From: Paraspadella gotoi
Taxonomy: Eukaryota > Animalia > Chaetognatha
Assembly (NCBI GenBank): GCA_051294375.1
Contig: JBJCIZ010000239.1
Coordinates: 3,759,075-3,823,074, forward strand
Reading direction: 5' to 3'
DNA: 64,000 nucleotides
Shown: positions 27,682 to 38,613 of the stretch, piece by piece
How the letters are laid out: each line of letters opens with the position of its first letter
Position numbering within the stretch: the first letter of the stretch is position 1
The notes under the pieces: model-generated
Database searches by the model: none
What the model was told of the DNA's origin: nothing
The model's input: the letters and a program-made list of their open reading frames with translations, nothing else
Made by a program: the position numbers and the translations under genes

Positions 27682-29743
27682 TCTTTTGTAAGAAAATTTT
27701 TTATATAATTTGCCGCTGATGAAGTCTCGAATTTGAGCCGAAACATGTTCGTCCATTATTAAATTAAATTGTCCTTGTAAAAATACTCCAACTGTCTCTT
27801 CAGTTTTTAACCTTATAATTCAGTCCCTAATCCGTAACCTCATTCTCAACCCTAAACCCTAAACCCTCATCCCTAATTTGTAACTCAAACCCATTTTACT
27901 TTGTGGTTCGTCCAATGAGAGAGTCGAATCCGGCTTCCGGCGGATTCTACTCGAGTCGCGGATCCGATTCCATTTTCGGTTCTGATTCCATTTGCGATGC
28001 CCTAAACGTTAGCCCCTGCCCTAATTCCCTAACCCATATCACCCATAAATAAGTCATGTCCCTAACTAAGTCTCCAACCTTATTCTCTAACCTTAATCTC
28101 TAACCTATAATCTAATCTTTAACTCAAAAAAATTAATTATATTCAGAATTCAAGGTAAAACGGAACGTTCTGGTAAAATATGTCCGAAACTTCTCGAAAC
28201 TTTCGCTCTCTTCTCCCCTCAGAAACCCTCGTGGTACGTCCGACTGACCGACAACGGCATTTTCCCGGCGGCCGAGTTTCCCCAAGATGGCGCCGCCGGA
28301 AACGACGGTCGGGGAAAGGTCATCACCGGCTCCATCGAAGCGGCGCGGGAGATAGCTGCTTTAAAAGGTAAGTTCGCGATAAAAGGGGTTTGGAAAAGTT
28401 AATTCGCGATAATTGTTCTATGAAGGTGAACTTTTGATACCGGCTTTGGAAATCAAGTTTCAACGAGCAGCTTAAAAAAGTTCTCCGCTTTGAAATAAGT
28501 TTAAGTTAAATATTAAATATTACAATATTATAATATATAGTTATATTATATAATTATATTAAGTAAATTAGGCAGAGCGTGCACTATCACTGAAGATGCA
28601 AAAATATGAGGAAGTAATAATATATGTAATAAGTAATAATTTTGGGAACTCAAATGATTCGAACAAAGACGGCGACGACGACGACGAATACAACGACGAT
28701 ATTGTTGTACTTTGTGACCCGTAGTGGTCAGTAATAATGATTATATTAGCCCCACTCTTAGACGGCTTTTTCCTTTTTAAGGTCGATCTCGAGAATCCGC
28801 CGCCGCCGCCGCCGCAGCCGCCGACGAAAAGCTCCGATTCTTCGATTCCGTTTTGGTTCCATCTTTCGGCGCCGTTTTGGTCTCGGGCGCCTCGAATTCC
28901 GGCGCCTTGACCCAGTTCGAGGAACATCTCGCCAGATTGGAAGAGTGGTTGGATGAGAAACCGGCGTCGTCGTCCTCGTTTCTAGAGCTCATGATTTGGC
29001 CCTGGATTCACAGACTGCCTGTTCTTCAGGGGATCGCCGGATATCAACTTCCGAAGGCGAGGGGTCTATGAGAACCCAAGCAATTGAATCAATCAAACCA
29101 AAAAAAAAAAAACAATCAATCATTGATGGAAATATAATTATATATAAAGGATGGAAATTCAAAAATGATCTTGTTTTAAATTATCTTTTTCAATCTTTTG
29201 TTTCTCCTTAATCATTCCCTCACGCCTTTTCGGCCTTATTTTCCCAGAGCGCCCCATTTCGTCTTAAACTCAGAATATTTTTTTTTAAGTTAAGAATTAG
29301 AGATTAGGGTTAAGATTAGGTAGGAGATTAAGTTAATTATTAGGGTTAAGGAATATGTTAGTAAGTAGTTAGTAAGGACATTGGTTTAAGGTTAGGGTTA
29401 GCGATTATATATTAGCGGTTTGAGTTAGGGTTGAGGAATAGGTGACGGAGAAGGGTTAGAAATTAGGTCATAAATTTAATAAAAGATTAAGATAAAATAT
29501 TATAGTTAAAATTAAGTTAGAAAAATCGGGCGCTTTTGGAAAAGAGAGCCTTTCTTTCTATCCGTTTTATAATTCCACGCTCAGGATCGCTTCGTCAAAC
29601 TTCGTCGTTGGATCTCTATGATGGAATCTAAACCGGAAGTGGCGTCGACGTCCAACGATCTCGGCGCCGAGATCCGGTACTACGAAACGTATCTCGCCGG
29701 AAATCCGGACGTTGACGCGGGACTGAATGAAGCGAGAGATTGA
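23249..29743 (+). CDS. GSTO1: Glutathione S-transferase, omega class
   Basis: Exons 23249 (or ATG 23399)-23468, 23791-23921 (VRIYSMRFCPYAHRLRLV...HEIVNIDLRK), 28223-28367 (KPSWY...GIFP), 28782-29056 (ELMIWPWIHRL), 29585-29743 (DRFVKLRRWI...GNPDVDAGL, TGA). YSMRFCPY and IWPWxxRL are omega-class hallmarks. The last intron needs a GC donor. Confidence 0.9.
24288..26702 (-). CDS. Cytochrome P450, clan 2-like, nested antisense in GST-omega intron 2
   Basis: Exons 26702-26263 (TM anchor, PFGPRG hinge, WKEFHR), 26040-25864 (RFALMTL...NVIS), 25541-25240 (PRDFVDA), 25134-24764 (I-helix DLFAGGTETT, K-helix EVFR, PER), 24527-24288 (haem motif FGLGPRRCTG, TGA). About three 1-nt frameshifts, mostly in homopolymers, probably sequencing errors. 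Confidence 0.92.
27712..27753 (+). ncRNA. Minimal type I hammerhead ribozyme motif (Penelope-like element type)
   Basis: GCCG-CTGATGA-A-GTCTC-GAATTT-GAGCC-GAAAC-AT-GTT-CGTC, with one mismatch each in stems I and II. Preceded by (CT)n. An inverted partial copy of its flank lies at about 27310-27406. Confidence 0.7.
29232..29550. mobile_element. MITE with ~23-bp imperfect TIRs and a degenerate TTAGGG-like interior
   Basis: GGCCTTATTTTCCCAGAGCGCCC ... GGGCGCTTTTGGAAAAGAGAGCC. Related copies near 52560-52810 and 60380-60645. Similar AACCCT-rich tracts at about 21510-21620 and 27810-28125. Confidence 0.6.
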
Positions 29744-31012
29744 AACGATGTAAGAAGACTTTTTTTAAATTTTTTTTTATTTGTTTAGATTGTACTTGTA
29801 TTATTTTTTTTGTGCTTATATTATATGAATTGCCCCACCGGATTAACTGCTTAATCTTGCGTCAAATAACTGCTGAGGTAGTATGTAACAAGAAAATCTT
29901 TATTTGGCTGCTCTTATGAAAAAGAATTGACTGAGATTATCTGAGTAATCTTGCGTCAAAGAACTGGTAAACTAGTATGTATGTTGTAACATAAAGTCAT
30001 CTAACTAAAAGAAAAATAAAAAGAGAGAAACCATAGCATTTAATTTATTATTTGTTTTCTTCTCTTTTTTAAACATTGAAATAAAAAACATACATAAAGA
30101 GTTAGATAAAAAAAACCCCCAAAATAAACCATCTCGCCTTGTTGAAAATATTATTAAAAAACGTGTTATTTCGACTGATTACTGATTTTAAAAAGTGATC
30201 AAATATGAAGTAAAGTATTTAACGGTCATAAAAAAAAAAAAATAATGTACAAACGAATGACCGATTACATTATCGAATAATTTTGTAAGAATATTTTTTC
30301 TCCTAAAGTTAAACCGGTTTGAGACGCGAAGCCAACCATCTTCTCTGTTATTAAAAACACGCGGATCTAGATTCTTGTCCTAAAAATGAAACAAAAAAAA
30401 ACTGATTGTCCAGATTTTTTTTATATGTAAAGAAACCGACTGTCTAAACTATTCTCTTTTTACTATTTTTACTAAAAATTTTTTTTTTTTTGGGGGGGGG
30501 ATGATAAGGGAAAAATGAAAGATAGAAAGAAAAAGAAAAAAGAAAAAAATAACCTTAAAAAGAACGTAGATCAAAATGTGTTAATTTTTTTATTGTTTAA
30601 AAATAAAAACAAACGAGCAGACTAACCGACCGAAAAGAGTATTTTATCCATTTTTTCTCTAGCCGCTGAGAATAATAACTAGATCTGTCCATCCAATGTA
30701 TTGCGCCGCAGTAACTTTTTTTTACGTGTATTTCCTTGTGATAATATGACTATATTACTAAAAAAAATATGAATAACAAATGTTTTATGGTTTATCACTC
30801 CTTAGCAAAGTTTTATTTCAAACAACCTAACATATGCCGCATTTAAATTGTGATCACGTGACCATAGTTCTGCGTGGTCACGTGATTACAAAAGTTTGAA
30901 ACACATGCATAAGGACCATTCAGTAATGTTTTACCAGTCAGCCAAATATTAACTAATGTATTTATAATATGCACTGCAGACTGACTGTCTTTTATTCTTT
31001 ATAGTTTTTTTT

Positions 31013-31175
31013 GAAGGCGGCGCTAGCAGTCACCTAGAATTGATATTTTTTTCCTGTCTTAACAAATGAGCAACTAACTATAAGCAGTTTTAACGTAAGT
31101 GGGACAGACCGACGGACAGACTTACCGACCGACAGACCGACCGAAAAGTAACTAATAAAGTTACTCCGCGAGTAC
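31013..31175. mobile_element. Dispersed repeat with GAAGGCGGCGCTAGCAGTC head and (GACC/GACA)n core, possibly Helitron-derived
   Basis: Shared with about 53567-53740 and 61446-61620. The adjacent block at about 30695-30790 is also shared with about 53225-53320. Confidence 0.55.
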
Positions 31176-31283
31176 TCGCGTCTCAACTCATAAAAAAGAA
31201 ATTAGAAAGAAAGAAAAAGAGACAGTCACCGTTTGGGGATCAAGGAGAAAGACCAGTTTTGTGCCCCGGAGAAAAATTTAGAA

Positions 31284-31316
<33 letters not shown>

Positions 31317-31879
31317 GCGACAAAGGGGAAAGGCTTTAATCTCATTTAAGAAGAAACAGTTTTTTTTTTATAATTGATTTTTTTTTATTTCCGAATATCT
31401 AGACTGTCATTGAACGAATTCAATTGAAGATATTTTTTAACAGCGCATAAGTTCGATTTAATAATTATTTTTTGGTGACATAATTTATAGCATCTTTGAA
31501 CCTTTTTTTTTTTTTAGAAAGCCATTAAAGAACGTAACTATCAATAACTCGGAAAGGTTACCTCAAACCAGTACCTCCAATCTATTTTTAAAGAAAGATT
31601 TCTCCTTTCTCATAATTTCATTCTTAGGATCGCGTTTCGTAAGAAACCAGTTCGAACATTTTCGGTTATAAATCCCAAAGTCAAAGGAAGAGGAAAGACG
31701 TCGGGAGGGTTGGTCACAAAAACGAAGGCACTCAAAGAGCAACAAATCTCGTCAAAAAAAGAAAGGAACTTTTAAAGTTCAAAACACAAGAAGAATATAT
31801 ATACTATATCCCGCCCAAAAAAACAAAACAAAACAATAAAATACAGTAACTAGACAAAATCGTCCGTCAAATAAAAACG

Positions 31880-32568
31880 ATGTCTTCTAAACTGAACAGC
31901 GAAAAGAGCCGCCCGAGCCTACATCCGCCGCCGCCGCCACTGGCGCCGGTACTCACGCCGCTTTCCCGCCTCTCGTCCTCCTTCGGCTGGCGCGCGAAAA
32001 AACGGGCGACATACGCGCTCATAGCGGCGTTCTATCTGCTGGGAGGCGTCGAATACGGCGTCGTTTTGCCATCGATGTGGCCTTTTTTGAACAACCGCTT
32101 CGGACTGGGACAGGATGGGGCGTTTTTCGGTCTGTTTGCGTAGAGTTGGATGTGATAGGGTTTTGGATGTGATAGGGATTTGGATGTGATAGGGATTTGG
32201 ATGTGATAGGGTTTTGGACGTGATAGGGTTTTGGACGTGATAGGGTTTTTGAAATTTAATTTTACAGCATTTTTTTCATTTCTGAAATTCAAAATTAAAG
32301 TAACGTAGCAACGAACACAGGGAAAATATATCTTAGGAAAAAAGGGTGGTGCTTTAATATGTATGTCAGATTATTATTATTTATTTATTTATTGTGTGTA
32401 AATCCTTTCTTTTTTGTTGTGTTTTGGTTTAAGGAGACGAATAAGTTATTTGCAACAACAATAATTTTTATTATTAGACGAACATGTTTCGGCTCACAAT
32501 TTGAGCCTTCATCAGCGTCAAAGTTTTTGTAAATAACTCACAATTTTTTCTACAAAAGAAGAAGAAGA

Positions 32569-32648
<80 letters not shown>

Positions 32649-35600
32649 TTTTATTATTATTATTTTGTATTAATCCTTTCTTTTGTTGTTTGTTGAGATT
32701 AATTAAAAACGAAAATTTTCGTGGAACAACAATAAATATGAAATAGCAGGCTTGACCAATGAACTTATCCTATTCTCCCTATTTTTCTTACTTCTCCTCC
32801 ATAATCTCTTATGTTCAGAGATTAAGGAACAGAAAAAATGCGCTTTCGGAAAATAGCGCTCTTTCTTCGCCTCTTAAACTACCTCACCTTCTCACTCTCA
32901 CAGGCCTGACCCTATCCGCCCTCTCCGGGGCTTCGCTCTTCACCGCCCCCCTCTTCGGCTTTCTCGTGGATCGTTTGCCTTCCGCCAAAATCCTTCTCCT
33001 TTTGGGTTGCGTCGCCTCCATCGCTGGCAACGCCCTCTACTTCGTCGCCATCAACAAATGGTACGTTGTGGCAATTAATAATAATAAATAAATCATTCAT
33101 TTGAGAGAATAAATCATTCAGATGAGAGAATAAATCATTCAGTTGAGAGAATTAATCATTCAGTTGAGACTTGAGAGAATAAATCATTCAGTTGAGAGAA
33201 TAAATCGGCGGATAGTCATCTTCAGCCCACTTGGCGCCTCATCCCCATATATATGCGTGTTAAAAGGGAAAGCCGGATTTTTTTTTTGCGTGCGAAAGTT
33301 GAATGCGCGTGCGGAAGCGGAAGCGACTGTTATCTTGATCTTTAGAAATTTAAGGCTTGTTTGTTTGCTTTTGTTCATTTGACTTTGCTTCAATGAAAAC
33401 AAATCGTTGTATAATTAAAAAATTAATTATTTTTTAAAAAAAATGAATAAGATTTTTTTTAAATAATTGTCAAATAAAAGTAAGTATTTCTCCTACCCAA
33501 TTTCTTTGGCGAACTAAATCAATAGATTGATTAAAATGAGAAAAAGCGAAAGACCTACGGTTTGCTAATTGTACAGAGGTTTGTTTACATTTGTAAACAA
33601 AACAATAATAAAAAAAAAAAAGAATTCCAAAAAAGCTAAAGTTTTGCGGCCGGCGTTCGAACAGAGGCAGATTTAAATAATTTCCTAGCGAGCCTTGAAA
33701 TGTCTAAACTTCTAAAGAATTCCATTGGCGATTTCATTTCCTTTCAAAAATAATGATATTACTCGGGATCTTCTCTTAATTTTCACACAGGACCCCTCTC
33801 TCCGTCTCAGGTTCGTATTTGCGGGACGCGTCCTCTGCGGCGTCGGCTGGGGCTGCCGTCCCGCGCTGCTGGCCGACGTGACGCGACCACGACTCCGGAA
33901 GAACGGACTGGATCGTCGTATTGCTCATGGCCTTTCCAAATCGGGTAAGGTCGGGTCAGGTTTGAGTAGTGGAGAGGTTAATTAAGGTGGGGGCGACGTC
34001 AGTATAGTGGGTGTCGTACCGATGTTAACGAGAGATCGTTTCAATGAAACCCAAAAACTGTTCTAGCGGCGATATTTTCGGTTTACCCGTTACAGTATCT
34101 TCATTGTTTTCAATTTTGTAAATCCGTGGTTACTGGTTAGTCGACTTCCAAAGGCCATAAAAATGCACGGAAAAACATTCCGCGTATGTGTTGAGAAAAA
34201 TTATCTTTAATTTTTTTAATGTTGCCAAAAAAAAAAATTCACAAATTAAAGCTTTCATAATCTAGCCAGTCAGCAATCGAGCGAAGAGAAACGTTGAAAA
34301 AAAAACTTGTATCAAACTTTATTGCCACGGTCGCGGCCAAAGAGAAGTAGTTAAACGTTCGTTTCAATGCATTTACTTGACATCTTTCACTTTGCAGTCA
34401 CTTCCTCGGCCCCGCATAGCCTCTTTCTCGTCGAGTTCGATTTTGGATTTCACATTTAAAAATACAGCCTGCGGTTTTCCCTCTTGTTTCATAGAGTTCT
34501 TCGCCGGGTGCTTTCTTATTTCAAGATTGGACTTATTATGATATGTTATGGCAACGGGGGGACATGTGTGATGCTGGTGTGAGGCATCTCCGACAGCTGG
34601 CGCAAAGGGCTTGGACTGCAGTGACCACCTGTCACTGTCTTCGTGTTAATGCCGACACCATCACACTTTAACCAGCGTGAGCGTGAGGGGATTGAACCGC
34701 TCACTGGTGTAACGATTTAGCTGTCAAAGCCAATTGGGACGAGCTGAGTTAAACAAGCTATACGGGAGGAGAATTTAGGATTCGCCACAATGTATTATAT
34801 CTTATAACATTATTAATATCATATGTAAAATGTTAATTGCATTTCATACTCATCAGGGTTAATTAATTATAGTTATTTTTTTTCTAAAATGGGTTTGAAT
34901 ACTTGGTAATATAATAATAATAATGATTAGCCTCTTCAGTCTTCATGACATTTTATTTATTTTCAGGAAATAAGAGAGAAGGAACGCGCAGCAGGAAAAA
35001 CTTCGGCGGCTTTAGATCGTGATGATGACGACGACGACGACGACAAAACGCCCCTCTGTTCAAAGGCGAAGTCGATGGCGAGGCATCCAAACTCGGAGTC
35101 AAATCTTGGGCAAGGATCGACCAGCGATTCGACCAACTACTCGATCGACTCGCCCAGCGACTCGACCGGTCGCCAAACAAACTACTCCACCAACTACTCG
35201 ACGAAGGATTCGAACGAACCCTCGACCGACTCCTCGGCCCCTTCCGCCTTTCTCCCCTTCCTCCGCGACGAACTCGTCGTCTCGCTCTCTCTCATCTTCG
35301 TCGCCAACTTCGGCGTGGCCTCTCTCGTCGCTTTGGCCTTTCCCGTCATGGATTTTCTCTTCGATTGGTCCATCCTTCTCAATTNNNNNNNNNNGGTAAG
35401 GTTCGGGTCAGGTGATGTTTGAGAGTCGGGAGAGGTTAATTAAGGTGGGGGCGAGCGTCAGTATAGTGGGTGGTCGTACCGATGTTAACGAGAGATCGTT
35501 TCAATGAAACCCAAAAACTGTTCTAGCGGCCGATATTTACGGTTTACCCGTTACAGTATCTTCATTGTTTTCAATTTTGTAAATCCGTGGTTACTGGTTA

Positions 35601-38166
35601 GTCGACTTCCAAAGGCCATAAAAATGCACGGAAAAACATTCCGCGCATTGTGTTGAGAAAAATTTATCTTTAATTTTTTTTAATGTTGCCAAAAAAAAAA
35701 AATTTATCACAAATTAAAGCTTTCATAATCTAGCCAGTCAGCAATCGACGAAGAGAAACGTTGAAAAAAAAAACTTGTATCAAACTTTATTGCCACGGTC
35801 GCGGCCAAAGAGAAGTAGTTAAACGTTCGTTTCAATGCATTTACTTGACATCTTTCACTTTGCAGTCACTTCCTCGGCCCCGCCATCAGCCTCTTTCTCG
35901 TCGAGTTCGATTTTTGGATCTTCACGATTCACATCGACAAATTCACAGCCTGCGGATTCTTCTCTTGTCTCTTGTTCATAGCCGAGTTCTTCGCCGGGTG
36001 CCTTCTGTATTTCAATCTTCAGGTCAGAATTGGACTTAATTATGATATGTTATGGCAACGGGGGGACATGTGTGATGCCTGGGGTCGGTGTGATGCATCT
36101 CCCGACAGCTGGCGCTAAGGGCTACTTGGACACGCTCGCAGAGACCACCGTCATGTTCACTGTTCGGTCTTATGCCGACACACCATCACACTTTAACCAG
36201 CGTGTACCGTGAGCGGGATTTCGATAACTAAACTCACGGTTGGTGAACGCATACTTAGCTGTCAAAGCCAATGGGACGAGCTGAGTTTCAACCAAGGCTA
36301 TACGGCGAGGAAACTTTAGGATTCGCCACAATGTATTATATCTTATAACATTATTAATATCATATGTAAAATGTTAATTGCCATTTCATACTCATCAGGC
36401 GTTAATTAATTCTAGTTATTTTTTTCTCAAAATGGGTTTGAATACTTGGTAATATCAATAATAATAATGATTAGCCCTCTTCAGTCTTTTTCATGACATT
36501 TATTTATTTATCCAGGAAAATAGAGAGAAGAACGCCTGCAGCAGGAAAAACTTCGGCGGCTTATCTCCTCTNNNNNNNNNNNNNNNNNNNNNNNNNNNNN
36601 NNNNNNNNNNNNNNNNNNNNNNNNNNNNNNNNNNNNNNNNNNNNNNNNNNNNNNNNNNNNNNNNNNNNNNNNNNNNNNNNNNNNNNNNNNNNNNNNNNNN
36701 NNNNNNNNNNNNNNNNNNNNNNNNNNNNNNNNNNNNNNNNNNNNNNNNNNNNNNNNNNNNNNNNNNNNNNNNNNNNNNNNNNNNNNNNNNNNNNNNNNNN
36801 NNNNNNNNNNNNNNNNNNNNNNNNNNNNNNNNNNNNNNNNNNNNNNNNNNNNNNNNNNNNNNNNNNNNNNNNNNNNNNNNNNNNNNNNNNNNNNNNNNNN
36901 NNNNNNNNNNNNNNNNNNNNNNNNNNNNNNNNNNNNNNNNNNNNNNNNNNNNNNNNNNNNNNNNNNNNNNNNNNNNNNNNNNNNNNNNNNNNNNNNNNNN
37001 NNNNNNNNNNNNNNNNNNNNNNNNNNNNNNNNNNNNNNNNNNNNNNNNNNNNNNNNNNNNNNNNNNNNNNNNNNNNNNNNNNNNNNNNNNNNNNNNNNNN
37101 NNNNNNNNNNNNNNNNNNNNNNNNNNNNNNNNNNNNNNNNNNNNNNNNNNNNNNNNNNNNNNNNNNNNNNNNNNNNNNNNNNNNNNNNNNNNNNNNNNNN
37201 NNNNNNNNNNNNNNNNNNNNNNNNNNNNNNNNNNNNNNNNNNNNNNNNNNNNNNNNNNNNNNNNNNNNNNNNNNNNNNNNNNNNNNNNNNNNNNNNNNNN
37301 NNNNNNNNNNNNNNNNNNNNNNNNNNNNNNNNNNNNNNNNNNNNNNNNNNNNNNNNNNNNNNNNNNNNNNNNNNNNNNNNNNNNNNNNNNNNNNNNNNNN
37401 NNNNNNNNNNNNNNNNNNNNNNNNNNNNNNNNNNNNNNNNNNNNNNNNNNNNNNNNNNNNNNNNNNNNNNNNNNNNNNNNNNNNNNNNNNNNNNNNNACA
37501 GTGTTTAAATTCAAGTATATATTTATTCAATCAATTATTTAACAAAATATTCTTCCAGACTGTCGGCCTGGTTTCAGTCGTCTGGTTGATGCTCGCCAAC
37601 ACCCAAGCCTTGAAAGAATCTCGAAGACTCGTCGCTCTCAACGAGTGGAGACCAATGGGTCCCTTTGACGTCCCAATGTGGCGAACGTTGTTGACGCTGG
37701 GATACGCATTATTTTTCGTCTCTGTCCCGTGCATGAGGTGAGACAGAATATGGATGTTGCGAGAAAATATATCAGAAAATGGATTAGCTATGTGGCGGTA
37801 TAACCCTCTCATCTCTCGTCTCTCACTTCTCTCTCTCTCTCGTCTCTCTCTCTCCTCTCTTCTCTCTTCTCTCTCTCTTCTCTCTCCTCTCTCTCTCTCC
37901 AGCGGACTCTGTCTCTCTTCTCTCAAATCGTCTCCCGCAATCGACAAGGCATCGCTCAAGGCCTTCAGCTCAACGCCACGTCCCTTGCGAACATCCTGGG
38001 TCCTCTTTGGGCCGGTTCCATGGTGTGGAAGAATCTCTACTTCGTCTTCGGCCTTCAGATTTTAATGCATTCCCTTTTGTTTCTCATGTTTTTCGGGAGT
38101 TGGAAGAGATTGAGGCCGAGAGAGGACGCTGTCGAATCTACAACGACGACGACAAATAACGAATAA
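31880..38166 (+). CDS. MFSD8: MFSD8/CLN7-like MFS transporter, paralogue 2 (interrupted by gaps and an assembly duplication)
   Basis: Exons 31880-32129 (GGVEYGVVLPSMWPFL), 32904-33060 (APLFGFLVDRLP), 33811-33944 (FAGRVLCGVG), 34398-~34525 (second copy 35866-36022), 34967-35384 then gap, 37559-37737, 37903-38166 (RQGIAQGLQLNATSLANILGPLWAG). Exon structure parallels paralogue 3. Several indels. Confidence 0.82.
32144..32250 (+). repeat. 19-bp minisatellite (TTGGATGTGATAGGGTT), about 5 copies
   Basis: Visible immediately after the exon 1 donor of paralogue 2. Confidence 0.9.
32477..32519 (-). ncRNA. Intact minimal type I hammerhead ribozyme motif
   Basis: Minus strand: GACG-CTGATGA-A-GGCTC-AAATTGT-GAGCC-GAAAC-AT-GTT-CGTC. 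Perfect stem I (GACG/CGTC) and stem II (GGCTC/GAGCC), full CUGAUGA/GAAA core, palindromic ACAUGU stem III, GUU triplet. Confidence 0.8.
33086..33205 (+). repeat. 19-20-bp minisatellite (TGAGAGAATAAATCATTCAG), about 5 copies
   Basis: Visible just after the exon 2 donor of paralogue 2. Confidence 0.88.
34547..34789. mobile_element. 4-bp-TSD element, longer copy (duplicated at 36051-36330)
   Basis: ATGT-[TATGGCAAC...TTCGCCACA]-ATGT. Same termini as 556-714 with a different TSD. Confidence 0.8.
35395..36571 (+). repeat. Direct duplicate of about 33945-35010 between N-gaps (probable assembly artefact)
   Basis: Near-identical intron and exon sequence, including the same element insertion. Differences are scattered indels. 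Confidence 0.85.
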
Positions 38167-38613
38167 TAATAATAGCTAATTTATTAATATTTTTTTATCA
38201 AATTTCGCGACTTATTTTTAAAATAATTATCTCAATTGACAAAGCTTAATTTTAATATTAATTCCTCAACTTTTATTTATTGGTGACTATTGTGCAATGT
38301 GCATTATTGTTTATTTTTGAACCACGACTCATTATTAATTTGTAAATTTCCCGAATCTGGCAAAATGGATAGTATTTAGGACTAATCAAAGAAGCATTTC
38401 AATGTGTAACTTGGTTTGCATTTTAAATTTAATAAAATAATCTCAAAACTGCTCAGTTTTTACTCGCAGTTGTTTTAACTTTGTCGTTTTAACTTTTAAC
38501 TTTTAAGATGTTTTAACTTTAAACTCATTACCAAAGAGAAAAACTTCCTCGGCAATGTCCAACTATTCCATTCTCACTAAAATCACAAACTCTGAGGCTT
38601 CGACGCCGCTACG

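Noticed and set aside
33945-36571. Tandem exon duplication or mutually exclusive exons in MFS paralogue 2
   Set aside because: Introns are duplicated too, the copies differ only by noise, and the second copy is bounded by N-gaps, which points to an assembly artefact.
36493-37542. Long ORFs of 317-349 aa (also those near 39.1, 42.7 and 43.6 kb)
   Set aside because: They run through N-gaps. Only the flanking MFS exon parts are real.
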